Source: the human T2T-CHM13v2.0 reference genome, Homo sapiens. Taken from it: DNA of 64,000 nucleotides. Made by a program: the position numbers and the translations under genes. The stretch lies in the NCBI RefSeq assembly GCF_009914755.1, contig NC_060937.1; one strand, 5' to 3'. The notes below the pieces were generated by a model. The model was not told the DNA's origin and searched no databases. It saw only the letters and a list, made by a program, of their open reading frames with translations. Shown here piece by piece: positions 1-13,839 of the stretch (the first letter of the stretch is position 1; each line of letters starts with the position of its first letter).

Positions 1-107
1 AGAAATACTTTCCATTCTCTCAATTGTTCCCCATGTAAAATAATTTTATATTTTATTACCAGCCCTGTTGCTCTTGCCTAAATAGTAGTTAATTTCGAGT
101 AGTCTCA

Positions 108-246
108 GGCTGAGAATTGAGCACAATAGTCCAGATGTGGTCTGAGCAGTATTATCTTCTCCTAGATTCTATACTCCATACATCTGCTAATTGAACCCAG
201 ACACTCTTTAGCTCTTAGCAGCAGTTGCATCACACTACTTTGAGTC
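108..246 (-). mobile_element. L3/CR1 LINE fragment (ancient)
   Basis: agaattgagcacaatagtccagatgtggtctgagcag...gcagcagttgcatcacact resembles the reverse complement of the L3 ORF2 consensus (recalled). Confidence 0.65.
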
Positions 247-2789
247 TTAATCAAAGAAAATAGCCTCATTCTTTCTATCTTCTTTCTTTTCCTTATTTTT
301 CTTTCGGTTACTTTGATGTGCTTGCATACCCAAGGAAGATCCCCTTGAGCTACTTTTTCCCATCTTGAGCAATTATTGAACTAATAAGTGGGAAAATGTG
401 CAAAACAGTCTCTCAAAAACCAAAAACAAAACCCAGCAGTTATTTGCCTTCTCCCATGCCAACAATAGAGACTGAATAAACACATGTTCTTTCATTTTTC
501 ACTTATGATAGGCAACACTAAGATTCACTTCCTCATAGGCCGGTTTTGAATGTTCAAGTTTATCGGGCTTTAGGTTCAGAACACTCACTAATGCTTTGAT
601 GCACTAAGACACAGTTCTCACTGGAAGGGTTTTTATTAAGTGGACAGCTATGGTGTCACAGGCAAGACATTTGCACAGTGCATTAATTTAGAGAGAAAAA
701 GGTTTCTGTGTAACTTAACCAGACTGAACAGCTATTTCCACTTTACCTGAATAAAGTATTTTCATGTTTTATCACAATAGTTTGCAACTGCAAAAGCTTC
801 GCCCAGTTTTTAAGAGTAGCTATGAACTGTCAGGATACATTATTTGAAATGAAGCCTGACAGCTCCAGGCTTGAAAGTAAAATACATTTTATTGTTTAAA
901 AGCATTTCTCTGCCACCTCACTTTCATCCCCCCTCCCAAACTCCGCCCATCCCACCATCCCTTATAAGCACCCCTCTCCTGGCCTGAAATGAGATTCACT
1001 GCAATCATTCTAAAATTGTTTAATCCTCATTAAATAACACTGCATGAAGGAAAATCTTAAAGGTGGGGTTTCCTTTTCTTAGTCTGAAAATGAATCATGA
1101 GAACTAATACAGAGTATTTTGTGTATGTGAGAGGAACAGATAGCACACAAGAAGTTGTACACACTGTTGTGTTGGAAGAAACAAAATCCTGTTCAGTTAG
1201 TATCCGGAGAAGGATGATTAAATGCCAAATGGCTTGCACTCTGCGCTACATATATTACCACCTTGGTGACTGGAAGTTTCTTAAACCTCTAGTCTGATGG
1301 TCCATCCGAAAAGAGACAACACAGTGAATCTTTCTCTTGACAACACTTTCTCAAGGGACCCTTGAGTCTTTAAAGCAATCTTTGTCTGTTTCCAGATTCT
1401 GTTTTTTCTGGCCTTGGACAGAATGTTGTTTGCCAGAGAAGACTTTTTCTAGAATCTCTGAAATTACCATGGATTTATACACACCCATCAGTTATGCCTT
1501 ATATATTCTGAAGACTGATATTCTAGGGAACATAGTAGAGGTGGAGTGATGTTGTCCAGTGAGCATTCTTCTCCAGAAATTCACTGCTACCTTTTTCTTA
1601 CCACAGCATCATAATGATTGAAGAGAGGCAGGATTCCATTCAAAGCATACAGTACAGAAAAGAAAGGGCTGGGAAAAAAATTAACTTACAAATGAAAATC
1701 TTTTGTTGTTAATGATATTCAATAATAGAAGCCTAATCTCCTACGTATATTATCATCTGGCAAACTAGTTACACATTTAATAAGGTTTTGCTGTATAAAT
1801 TATAAATGAAATAAACAATTCTGTCACCATGGTGTGCAATGAATACACCACATGTTATATGTAAATATATTAGTCATTTGCCTTTTGTTTATGTGTCACT
1901 GAAATCCATTTTCTTTATGGTGTATTTTCTATTCCCTATGGGTTCCAACCAAAGTCGTTTCAACCATACACATATCGGCCTTTAAAGTGGAATTATGCTG
2001 TTATTGTCCTTTTTCTGCCCAGTTTTAATAACACCTGCTTTTGTGCCAGTTTCATTTACTGCTGCAAATTGTAATTCAACAGAGAACAACAACAAAAACA
2101 ACAAAAAAACCCAACCACCCTAACAGCAAATGTGACTCCAGAAAGGAGCTGTGTGATATATTGACACAATACAGAAAACATATTGAAACAATTTTTATTC
2201 TCATTATTTTTCCCCCAAAATTAAATATGCCCAATAAAGCAAGTTAACATATTCTGCGTGTCTCTCTCCACTCCCAACTAAACCCAAATCCTTGGCTTTT
2301 AATGAGATAATTTTTTAAAAAACAGAATCAATGTTTCAGCCTTTCAAGTGGTGGCATTTTTATTTTAAGCAGAGAGGCATAAATGCATGAAGGATGCAAA
2401 TCTGGGCTCTTTCAATGGCTCACCACAGTGTGACAGCTGTGGACGGGATCAAGACAAAAGCGGTGACTGCTCCAAGAAAATGATGGCTTAGGCATCTCCA
2501 GCCCAATCAATAATCTGGCATGTTGAGGTCAATCACTGCATGACCATATTCAGTTCGAGCCAGCCAAAGATTATTAGTTTGACACCCAGAGGCTATTTCT
2601 TTCTGCTGTGGATGGCGGAAAGAGAGCTTGTGTGCATCTCTTCAGAACCAAATGGAGAAAGCCTAACTATTTATAACAATAGAAGCACTGAAACAGAATT
2701 TTCAGAGAGGCTTCATATTTGTTAGGAGGAATCCCCTACAATATCCTCCAGGCTGAGTAATTCTTCTGAAATTGTCACTAAGCTAATTT

Positions 2790-2910
2790 TGTGTTTCATC
2801 CATTCAAAAAATTAGAATGTTTTTAAGCCTCTATCATTTCCCAGGCTGTGTCCTAGCACCTGGCAGATACAAACACAAATAAGATAAACTTGTTATCCTC
2901 AGAGAGGAAT
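2790..2910 (-). mobile_element. L2 3' end fragment
   Basis: catccattcaaaaaa...ccaggctgtgtcctagcacctggcagataca is the typical antisense L2 terminus. Confidence 0.6.
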
Positions 2911-3489
2911 AAATGTAGAAGCTTCTACAAAGATGTTGATGCTCTAAATTTCCTCTAATATTCGGCATTCCTATTTTTCTTCTTCCCCCTCTTCTCCACC
3001 CTGGCCAAATTTCCCACATGCAAGCAGGACAGATTTTACTGGGATAAAGATAAGAGGGGAAGCAAGATAATCATTATTTCAGATTATTTGGGCTAATAGT
3101 ATTCAGATCTAGCCTAAGAGATAGCTAAAGTGGGTTCCAGAAAACATCTGAAAGCTTTATACATTACTAAAAGGGCAATAGAACTAGCCACAGGAAGCTA
3201 TTTCTAAGTGACATTCCAGTCCTTTTCTGCAGTCCACTGCCTGTCTAAGGCATTCGGTTGCTGACCATGGTGTTCACATATGCTCACTAACGGGAAACAG
3301 TTTGTGGCTAGGAGAGATCCACAGGAGTGTATGGAATAGGGCTCTTGCTGTCTGATATTTCACCAGTCATGTTTTACTGTTTCTCCTGGATGGCATGCCA
3401 TAGAGTGTAATAAATCTCAGTTTGTTTATATTCTGTGTCTGTATTTGCACTTTGGTGATTATATTTGAATTCATGCAAGATCCTTTTTT

Positions 3490-4155
3490 TTTAAGAACTT
3501 GAGCATAATCTTCTCATTAATCCTGTCCTGTTTGTCTGTTATTAACAGGCCACTGTACAATGTATTCTGCTGCAAAACTCCACCAGGCATGACTAATTCA
3601 GATAATTAATTTGCTAGAACATTAACACCATCAAATGAGCCTGCTAAACCGGTAAATTTAAAGTAAATTAAACTTAATTTGCAGGTTATTGCAATTAAGT
3701 CTGCCTTGTCTTTCTGAGGGATTTCAACATCCTCAGTATTTAAGAGGCAATCATAATGCATGCAAGTGGGCGGGCTTTTTGGCTAATTAACACAAGAGTC
3801 TAATCTGCTTTTCAATTAGGGTGGATGTTTATAATGTGCTGGTGACAGTGTTGCGATTCAGTGCAGCATAACAGGAGTGCGTGGCATAATTATAGCTGAA
3901 AAGAAAAGCTCATGCCGGGCCTTTTTAGGGGTTAATGAGACATTGGCAGCTTCCAGCTGAGGAGATCGAGCCAGTTTAGTGTAGCTTCAAGAGGAAACCA
4001 CCCATAGGGGTTTCCTTTGAAGTGTCAAAAGGTCCCCTTGTTCTGGGTGGCTTATGTTTCATTTGTCTGAGTGGCATATCAAAAATTGATGAGCTGCCAG
4101 CAGCAGTCCCTATGACATTAATTCACCAATTGTGTTTCTAATAGTTTCATCCTTA
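3490..4155. promoter_or_regulatory. Candidate conserved non-coding element / developmental enhancer
   Basis: Repeat-free, complex sequence dense in TAAT/ATTA homeodomain cores (ctaattc, ataattaatt, cttaattt, caattaag, ctaattaac, caattagg, cattaatt), TGACAG (MEIS-type) and CAGCTG. Conservation is inferred, not measured. Confidence 0.5.
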
Positions 4156-4684
4156 AATAAATTTGGATGATGAGAATGGTAAGGAGAGTCAAGGTTCTGA
4201 AAACAATGAGCAGAGCCAGGCTGTTGCATGGTTTTTATACAACACAGACAAATGTAGCAGCAGTAAATGTTAAAGGCATGGCTGGCCTACTACACCCTGG
4301 GTTATTAGCTAAGGGAAGACAAAGATGTATTGTGCCTGTGCCCTCTGCCAAACAACAGTCACTCAAAACAGTGATAAAAATGTGGCATTCACTGGCACTT
4401 AGCTTAAACTCTTAACTATACAGGGGAGGGATCTTAAGCTGGGGCTTCAGAAGAGGAAGTTTCTATGAATCTGAGACATAAACCTCCTTGGAAACACTCT
4501 TACTAAAGCCGCCTATACATCAGAGCTGAGGCTAAGGGGAAATAGCCAAATAGTAACACAATAAGATTGCACTTACATTTAGAGTATGGAAATTCACATT
4601 ATCTCCTCATGTCTACAGTAAACACTAAACCAAGGTGCTTTGAGGCTCAGCTTGAAACTGAGTTGTTGAGGTATACTTGCATAG

Positions 4685-5066
<382 letters not shown>

Positions 5067-5589
5067 AATTTCTGGTTTTATATGTTCTTTGGTTATATAA
5101 TGAGGAAAAGAGAATTTACAAATAGACAGTTGTTTCCAGGATGAATATCATACATGTCATGCCTAAAATTTATCTGAGAACATACATCTGGTACATACAT
5201 TGGAATGACTAGCATCATATTTTCAAAATATTTAGGTGAGCAAGTGGAAAGTAAAGACATCAAAACCTTGTGCAAAATAAAAGTTCTTACCACCACAGTG
5301 CTACATGTTTTCTTTTAAGAATGCCAAATTATGCATGATGATTATAAAGAGCGTTGCAAAGATGGCCCTTCTTTTGGCCTTCATGTAACATGCATGAAGT
5401 AAATTACAGCTGGGTAAAACCCCCAGCCTTTCACAGAGACATGAATGGAGCAGTCAAATAAATTATTCCAGGTACTTGCAGAAAGATTAATCTACCCAAA
5501 TTAATTGTAAAATCTCCTAAGCTAGTATTGTCACATAGACATAGCCAAAGAAAGTCATGATGTATTGCAATGGATGTTGGGGAATAAAT

Positions 5590-6790
5590 CCATTCATTCA
5601 TTTGTTTCTTTATCTTTGAACACATATTATGTGACATACATTGTGCATTGAGGCTAAGGCAATGACCAAAACAATGTCCCTATATTCATGGAGCTTACAA
5701 ATAAATGGGAGACCATCAGTTATTGATAAATGCAATGATGATAATAAAGTAGGGTAATGTGACAGAGTGACTGAAAGGCTACTTTAATCTGGGTGTTAGG
5801 GAATGACCATCTTTGCAAGGAGGTCACATTGAAGATGAGACCAAAATGATACTGAAAAGTTTTCAATAACAGATGACCTAATTTGTAGTTTCAAAAAGAT
5901 CACTTTGGCTCCTGCCTGGAAAACAGAAGTGGAAAGGCGTAGTACTATAAGAATTAAAGCAATGAGACCATTTAGAAGTCTACTTGTGTGTTCTAGAAGC
6001 TACCACCCAGGCTAAGCCCCTGGGTTCAAAATATGATTTAGAGATAAGTTTGATGTTTTGTTATACAGGACATTGAAATTGTGAGTAAATTATTAGGCAT
6101 TCACATGGCAATGTCAAGTTGGAAGTTGGACATATGAGTCTGGACATTAAAGGAGACTCCAGAGCTAAATATATAAAATAGGAAAGCAGCCGTTGATATT
6201 CAGACATGAGCTGGCAGATTACCCATGGTAGGCAGTGTACTTAGAGCAAAAACAGAGTTCCAGGATTCTTACACAGAGCCACAGAGAGGGAGAAGCTAGC
6301 AAAGGAAACAGAAGCTGAGTGGCCAGTGAGGTAAGGGGAACAAAACATGAATATGAAGGAGGGCGACACTGGAAACAAAAGAAAATGTTTTGAGAAAAAA
6401 GGGAGCAGCCAGCAGCGTTGAATGCTAATGAGAGGTTGAATAAAATGAAAAGAGACAAATGTCCATTGGATTTAGCATCATGGAGGTCAGTCGTGACCTT
6501 GACAAGAGCCATTTCAATGATGTGTGGGGCCAGAAGAAAGCCTGGGTGGGACGAGAATGGGAGATGAGCAAGTGAAGAAAGTGTTTACCGACAATTACTA
6601 GGAATATGAGATCCACGAAGAGATTTTTAAATATAGAAGAGAGCTGTGTGCATGTTGATAGCAACAATCCAGGAAAGAGAAAAACTTAAATCACAGGAGA
6701 GAAGTAAAAAGGACATGGACTCCACAGCACACGGGGAAGACTTGGCCTTTGGTGGGAGCCAGGCTGAAGTCCTGGAAAACTGAAGGAGAA
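5590..6790 (-). mobile_element. L2 (L2a-like) long fragment including RT remnant
   Basis: Antisense L2 3' end at 5590 (cattcattca). ORF 6219-6512 (ALVKVTTDLHDAKSNGHLSLFILFNLSLAF) matches the L2 RT motif TALxKVTNDL...LDLSAAFD. Confidence 0.85.
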
Positions 6791-7421
6791 TTTGAATGTG
6801 GGGATTCAGGCAGGGGGCTGGGGGATAGGGACCTGTGTGAAATAGTCATTTGAAGGCCAAAAGCCACCAATAATAGATTAGGTTCAATTTGTTGTTTGAT
6901 TGCAAATGTGTTTATTGTGAGGTAATGCACACTCATTAAAGAAAAAGGAAGAGGAAAATACAGAAAAGTGTAAGAAAACAATTACATTTAACCTCCAAAA
7001 TAATAGAGTGGTCTAACAATGAGGGGAACAAGTGAGTTTATTTCTCTATAGAAATCCCAGAATGAGACTGAAAAGAAGTCTCTGTCCAGTAGAGACCTAT
7101 ATCTAGGATGCATTCAGAAAAAGTTCCTTTGTGTTGGGTCTTTGGTCCAAGTTACTGTAGACGTGTGCTTTGCGCTAATCTCCATCATCAGCAGCATTTT
7201 TTTAAGTGGGTTCTGCCTTAGTGGTCTATTATAAAATTTGTCATACTCACTCTTACTTTCCTTAAATTCCAAATCCTCTTACAATTGTACTAAATATTGT
7301 GTAAATTATATAGTGGCTTTAATCAGTTTTCAAGAAAGAAATTGTTACATATATAATGGGATGTTTTAGGGAATTTATTTTTTTCTGCTAAATTTCTGGC
7401 ATGGTTACAATAGGGGGAACA

Positions 7422-7568
7422 TAGCCAGGAATAAGAAGTGGCAAGGCTGGAGCCTAGGGCACAATATTAAGAAGACATTCACTCTCAGACTATGCAACTG
7501 AGAATGAGTGCTCCCTAAAACGTTGTGCCCCAGGGCATCAATATTGCTTTACCCTAGTCCTGACCCTT
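7422..7568. mobile_element. MER91A-like hAT-Tip100 MITE
   Basis: Palindromic body cctagggcacaa...cattcactctcag / ctgagaatgagtg...ttgtgccccagg with terminus accctagtcctgaccct. Confidence 0.75.
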
Positions 7569-8074
7569 GCTAACAGCCTTTCTCTTCCATAAGTTATCTC
7601 TTGGAGCTACTCTTAAGATATGATGGATTGGGTATAGCAGGAGTGAGTCCTGGCATGTTCCTTTTTGGTATCATTTTAAAGATTTAGTAACCATGGATAT
7701 GTAGATTTATGGGAAAAGTAAACAACACAAAACATGCACAACCAGAATCAGCTCTTCTGTACCTTCCTAAATTAAAGATGTGTTTTGTTTTTATATAAAA
7801 GTAAGTGACAGAGAGTAAATAGCAATCATTATTATACTGAAATTGAAGGATGCAAGGCAAGTAGCACAGGCCTGGCTCATAGCAGATGCTCAACAAGCGA
7901 GAGCTATTATTTTCAAAAGTGGTTATCACTAGCTGATGTGTGCTCAGTAATGTGTTTTTCTGATTTTAATATTTTTTAAAAAACACATCTTGATTTTTTA
8001 AATATATAACTGCTTTTAAGTAGATATTTACATGCAGCTACTCTTACTTTTGTCCTTTGCGCTGGTCTTATACT

Positions 8075-8290
8075 AATAATTGCATCTATAAAGCATCTTA
8101 AAATTTACAAACTACTTTCACTCATAATAGCTTGTTGGCTCTTTGCAACCACATAAGTTACCCAGTATTACCCAGTTGATAGAGTAGTAATAAGCTGAGA
8201 TTTGCCTAGGACACAGCTTTGGAAAACAGACCAAAGGATGTCACTTAGGACTTCTGACTTCAGATCCCAGATCTTTCTACTCTGTGCCAT
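8075..8290 (-). mobile_element. MIR
   Basis: gatttgcctaggacacagc...ttctgacttcagatcccagatctttctactctgtgcc matches the antisense MIR 5' half. Confidence 0.6.
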
Positions 8291-8499
8291 TAACAATTAG
8301 ATAATAAGTCTTTTCAGCTCCTAAGCTTGGATGAGAAAGAAGCCAGCAAGATTTCGGGTTGCTGTTTTTATAAATCAAACAGGGCCCTCACCCACAACAA
8401 TGGGGAGGAGAGAGAACGAAATTAATCAAAGGGTAAAATCAAGAACCTGAATTGCTTTCTAGCTCAACCAACTGCCTATAGAGTTCTCCTCAGATATCT

Positions 8500-8705
8500 A
8501 TGAGTCAGGGTGGCCTAGAATTGAGATTATACTGTAGAAACTAAGAGCCCCAAAGTCACAGTGGCTTAAAACAACTGTATTTAATTCTCACTCATGTGAC
8601 AGGACCTATGAACAATGGAATCATTCAGGGTTCAGTTCTATCTCAATACAGGTATCCACAACCACAGAAGCAGGAAAAAGAGGGCCTGGTGAGCCACAGC
8701 CCTGA
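8500..8705 (-). mobile_element. MLT1 (ERVL-MaLR) LTR fragment
   Basis: ccccaaagtcacagtggcttaaaacaactgtatttaattctcactcat is the antisense MLT1 3' end signature. Confidence 0.65.
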
Positions 8706-9004
8706 TGCGTGTCCAAGTTTTCATCTACCCTATCAATTCCCCCAACACACCTCCAGGCACCAAAGTGCCAATTTGTGGCTCTGTTTTAATTCTCTCTCCC
8801 TCATTCTCTCTAACACCTTACTACCCAAATCCTGTAGACTTTTTCTTTCTCCTATCTCTGACTTTCTCATTTGAGGAAAAATGCCTTAAGGTCAATGAAT
8901 ATTGTATATGAGGGTTTCTACCACAAATGTCATTTGAGAAAACACCTCTTGATTTCATGCAAGACATGTTTTGCTTCAGAAAGACACCAGAAGGGGCACA
9001 AACC

Positions 9005-9205
9005 TGTAGTCAGAAGCCCTAGGTTTCTGTTCCATATTTTGCAGTTCACTTAATTTCTATAAGCATAAATTTCTATATCTGTAAAACGGGGATAATAGAA
9101 TCCTTATCCCACTGGATTGTAATGAGGATTAACTGTTGTCATAGGTGTTGAAGTTCCTCGTAAGTTATAAAATCTTGTACACTTGGTAGGAATTATCATT
9201 ATTAA
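9005..9205 (+). mobile_element. MIR
   Basis: Core tttctatatctgtaaaacggggataata...tgtaatgaggattaa. Confidence 0.7.
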
Positions 9206-9789
9206 TATTAATGTGAGCTAGGCAGTAATAACCTTGAAGCAATTAGCAGCTGTTAATATACTAAACTGGATTTACTTGTCCTAATGAATTATAGAATGGT
9301 TTTACTTAAAGGGCAAAGGCAATCATTAATTTACTCAAGTATCTATTATGCACAAATTATATGGTGGTTACTATGCTAGGGTACAATAGATTCTGCAAGC
9401 CAAAAAAGATGGTTTCTATTCTCACGGACACTAACAATAATAATCTAAGACAAAACAGTGTTTTATGGCAAAGCCAGAAAGAATCAAAATACTGTCATAT
9501 ATTTAAATAGGAAAAAAGATTACTTGAACAGGAGGCATGGAGACTTCCTTGAGGTAGTGGAATTTGAGCTGGACAATTAAGAAAGGGTAAAGTTTCAACA
9601 AGCGAAAGGATATAATTATATAGTAGAAACATGACTATCATCTGAAAACAGAGAACTGCTCCATCCCTTAATGGCTTTGTTACCCTGTGCAGCGACTGAA
9701 CCTCTCTGAACTTGTAGGGCTGTGGTGTGGAATTAGAAAGAAAGTGTGAAAGCAGATCTGTAATATGCAATGCAGATCTGTAATGTGCA

Positions 9790-9924
9790 AGACAACATAG
9801 AGAGCTTGTCACAATGCAGATTCTGATGCTGCAAGGTCTGGGATGGGGACAGAGATCCTACCGCTCTAACACGCTTCCAGGTGATGATGATGTAGTTGAT
9901 CTGTGGATCACATTTAAGAAGTAA
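9790..9924. mobile_element. MER5A-like hAT-Charlie fragment
   Basis: aatgcagattctgatg...ggtctgggatgggg...ctctaacacgcttccaggtgatg...ggatcacattt. Confidence 0.7.
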
Positions 9925-12900
9925 TTCTCAAGTTTCACTTTCCAAACATACACAGCACCTTTCCTGCTGAAGGTCCTAAATTATTTTTTTATTCTGATAG
10001 TTACTTAGAGAAAACTCACTGAATGCGAACAATTCTTTGTATGGTACCTAAAACATGCTCAATATATGTTCCTATTTGTACAATTATTTCCAAATCATTG
10101 AATGATATAAGGCAAAATCCAAAAATGTAAAAGTGTAGGAACTGTTTACCAGATTTTGCCTCGAATTCCTACAGATTTATTGTGCCTGAATATATTTCCT
10201 AAATATAAACAAATCATAATTCTTAATAACTGACAAAGATAAAGGAAAGCCAGTCTTTAATGTAGGGTGTAGCTATTTTTCATAAAGCAATTAACATTAT
10301 CTGTATTTAAACAAATGGTTGGCTCTTTAATAGCCATAATACTCATTTGAAGCTCTGGTTCATCATCAAAGTTTTTAAACAATTTAAGAACAAAAGTGTC
10401 TCATGTAACATTTCTTATTATAACAATTATCATGCAACACTTAAATGTACTTCAAACATTAAGACTGTCTTTTCTCTGTGCTATTTCTGAACTTGGTACA
10501 CATGCCCATTGTTGCAGTTGTTATATGATATTACATTGATATACTTTCCCACTATACTCTCAGCACCTTAGGTAGCTGGCACATAGAAAAAGCCACCTAA
10601 CTGCTAAGAGATTTTTACTTCCGTAGCTAGGTGGCATCCCACATAGACCTGAACAATTTGACTGGCCTTATTTGCATACCTCAAGCTGAGTTTAATCACT
10701 TGTTTAAAAGCACTAAGGCACTCACTTAGATTTATGTTTTTAAAAAAGGATGCAATCTAGAAAATGTAAGATGTGTAAAAGATAAAATTCTATGTCCATG
10801 GATTGTGAAGCCGAATAACTTCAGGAATCCTGGATACAATAGTGTTTAGGCAGATCAGTCAGCGTGATGATTGTATATATGTAGCAGCACCATCCAGCAC
10901 AATCCAGAAATAACAGCATGGCCATCACAGTGTCTGCACACAGACTTTGCTTCTCAGTTTAGTCCAATGTGACAACTGAAAAAGATCTCAGAGCCATCCT
11001 GATCTTTCCTGTGCAGACACAAGCCAAGATCACACACAATTCACTAGAACAACTAGTTACCCTTCTCAAGTTTCATTTTCCAAACACACACAGCACATTT
11101 CCTGCTGAAGTTCCTAAATTATTATTTTTTAATTCTGACCATTACTTAGAGAAAACTTACTAAATGAGAAAAATGATGATGATGTTGATGCTGATGATAA
11201 TATAAATAATGACATGCTCTGTACCTGAAAGATAGAAAGGTATAAAATGTATGTTTTCCCCTCTAGATGTTATAAAATAGATGACCAAGAAAGTTAATAC
11301 ATAGATATACATAGATGGGAGGGATGAATGATTATGGCATTTATGATGACAATAATAAACAATCAGTTCAGGGGTTGACAATATTTATATACAGTGATTA
11401 TATCTTACTTTGTTTTTACAAAATAAGCCTCTTTAAACTGAAGGAGAAATGAGAGCAATTAAGAAACAGAAATCTGCAATCTTTGGTGCATGCTTTAGTC
11501 GTTTTCTTAATTTTTTTCCTGAAGTGCAAAGCACAAGGATTCTTCTAGAATACAAATTACCATAAATCCTGGCCTACAAGTGCATGACTAATCTAATTGC
11601 AGGCAGAGGAGGATCATTTGCTAATGCTCTCACTAGAGCTCTGTACTAAACGATTTGCTCAGAGAGCAATTGATGCCCCTAGAAAACTTTGAAAAATGTT
11701 CTAGTTAGAAACAACTTTGTCCATGTCATATATTTTCTGTTTTTATCTCCATCATTTTTATTCTTTAGGACATTTGGATGAAAATTTCATCTCTTTTGCT
11801 TGAGGGTTCATGTGCTCCTGCTTATTCCTCACCTGAAATCATGAGCTCATTGTGACAGTCTAAGATGCCAAATTGGGTGTCACGAAAATCACTGTGCAGA
11901 ACCCCAACTCCCAGCCAGTATTTATAGAAAAAAGAAGAAGAAAGAAAGTCCAGTCATTTGTCTACAGAACATGAAACTCATTACTTATAAATTATTGTTA
12001 ATTATATATTGAGATAAATATAGAACCATTCTTTCTACATGCCTTGGAAGTAGGCAAGTTCTTAAAAATTTATTGATGTTCTTAAGATTCAGATGATAAA
12101 AAACAATAAATTCCTCTGCATGTGTGCAGCCTTTGAGGTCCTAGAAAAAACTGCAATTACTGTAGAATTGCAAATCCTGAACTTCTGGCCACGAGCATAG
12201 CAGCAGCTCCAACCAAGTCTCCCTTATCTACTCCAGTGGTGGGAAAACATTACTGTAACTAATATAGAAAAGCTGCTGACCTGATACAGTGAGCTCCCTC
12301 ACTGCTGCTTTCCACTTTGCCACACCCACCACTCTCAGGCACCTCAGCTGCTCAGAAACCCCAAAAGTCAGCCCTCAATACTGTTAGTCTCAGAACATCC
12401 ATACCCAACATCAATCCAGCAGAGCCAAAAATAACAAGTGGAATTGAGGTGGTACATAAATTTGCATACAGGGCTAAAGGAGAGGAAAGACAATAAAATT
12501 TGAGCTGATTTCATGAATACATTTGGAATACATTAACATGAATGCCAGAAGGCTATCATTGACCAATATATAAGCATCATAAAATACTTTAAAAAGACTA
12601 CACAATAATAATTTAATACATTTTCCCCTTCACTATAGTTTTATTTCATAAGGGATAGATTTTCTTGGAATCTCAGTTTGCCAGAAGATTTAGAGCTATT
12701 TCAATTGTCAGGTAACATGACTTTCTAGAGATTTTTTAAAAAATAGAGAATAGTGAAATTTAAGTCACCTGGGTGAACATAATTGAGGCTATCAGGAGTT
12801 TTGATGGCCAAAGAGAATCTTTGTTAAATTCAGTTTTATTCTTTTACTCATGTGTAAATATTTTAAAATTTGTTTTAATTGATTTTTTTACTTATAATTG

Positions 12901-13110
12901 ATGTTTTTAAAAAGACTTTCATTGGTCAAGCATCCTGCAAATATATAGCAAAGGCTCTCTACTTGCAGAGAAATGCATACACATGAAGACACAAAGCATG
13001 GGACATTGTACTGCCCACAAAGGTGGCAGCCTACTTGAATAAATAATAGCATGCACTTTAAACAGTTAAGAAACAATACCAATGTGAAATACTATAAAAA
13101 TTGTGCTTAG

Positions 13111-13425
13111 GGCCAGGTGCGGTGGCTCACGCCTGTAATCCCAGCACTTTGGGAGGCCGAGGCAGGTGGACCACGAGGTCAGGAGATCGACACCATCCTG
13201 GCTAACACGGTGAAACCCTGTCTCTACTAAAAATACAAAAAATTAGCCAGGTGTGGTGGCGGATGCCTGTAGTCCCAGCTACTTGGGAGGCTGAGGCAGG
13301 AGAATGGTGAGAACCAGGAGGTGGAGCTTGCAGTGAGCCGAGATCGCGCCACTGCACTCCAGCCTAGGCGGCAGTGAGACTCTGTCTCAAAAAAAAAAAA
13401 AGAAAGAAAGAAAGAAAAAAAAATA
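13111..13425 (+). mobile_element. AluY
   Basis: AluY diagnostics gagatcgacaccatcctggctaacacgg and ggagcttgcagtg; A/GAAA tail. Flanked by a MIR 3' end (gtgcctggcacag). Confidence 0.93.
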
Positions 13426-13839
13426 AAGAATATGGCATAGTGCCTGGCACAGAGCCGGAATTCAGTAAATATTAGTTTCCTTTTCCCTTTACTATGGGAG
13501 ATTAGGGGATATCACAGATGACGGCCCTAAAGTCCACAAACTTACAATCTAATTAGAAAGATGAGACAATGCCTCTAGAGATGAAAAATACATATGACCG
13601 TATGAAAAATACATGTGGTGTATTGAATTATCATGTGTATCCCAAAATATGTACATCTATTGTGTATCAATAGAAAAATAAAATTTAAAAAGATGAAAAA
13701 TGCATGAGGCAATAGTGAAAAGTGTCAACTAAGCATGCAATAGGTTCTACAGGGCTAAGAAGGAGAGAGGATTTTAAACAGATATGATGAGGGGAGATTT
13801 TCCAGGATGTGATGGAATTTGGGTGGTATATACATGTAG

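Noticed and set aside
9751-9790. Short tandem duplications (20 bp here; also ~15566-15660, ~42922-42951, ~44396-44456)
   Set aside because: Ordinary slippage duplications with two copies and no unique spacers; not CRISPR-like arrays.
10860-10980. Possible C/D snoRNA (gtgatga ... ctga)
   Set aside because: No terminal stem or recognisable rRNA/snRNA guide complementarity.
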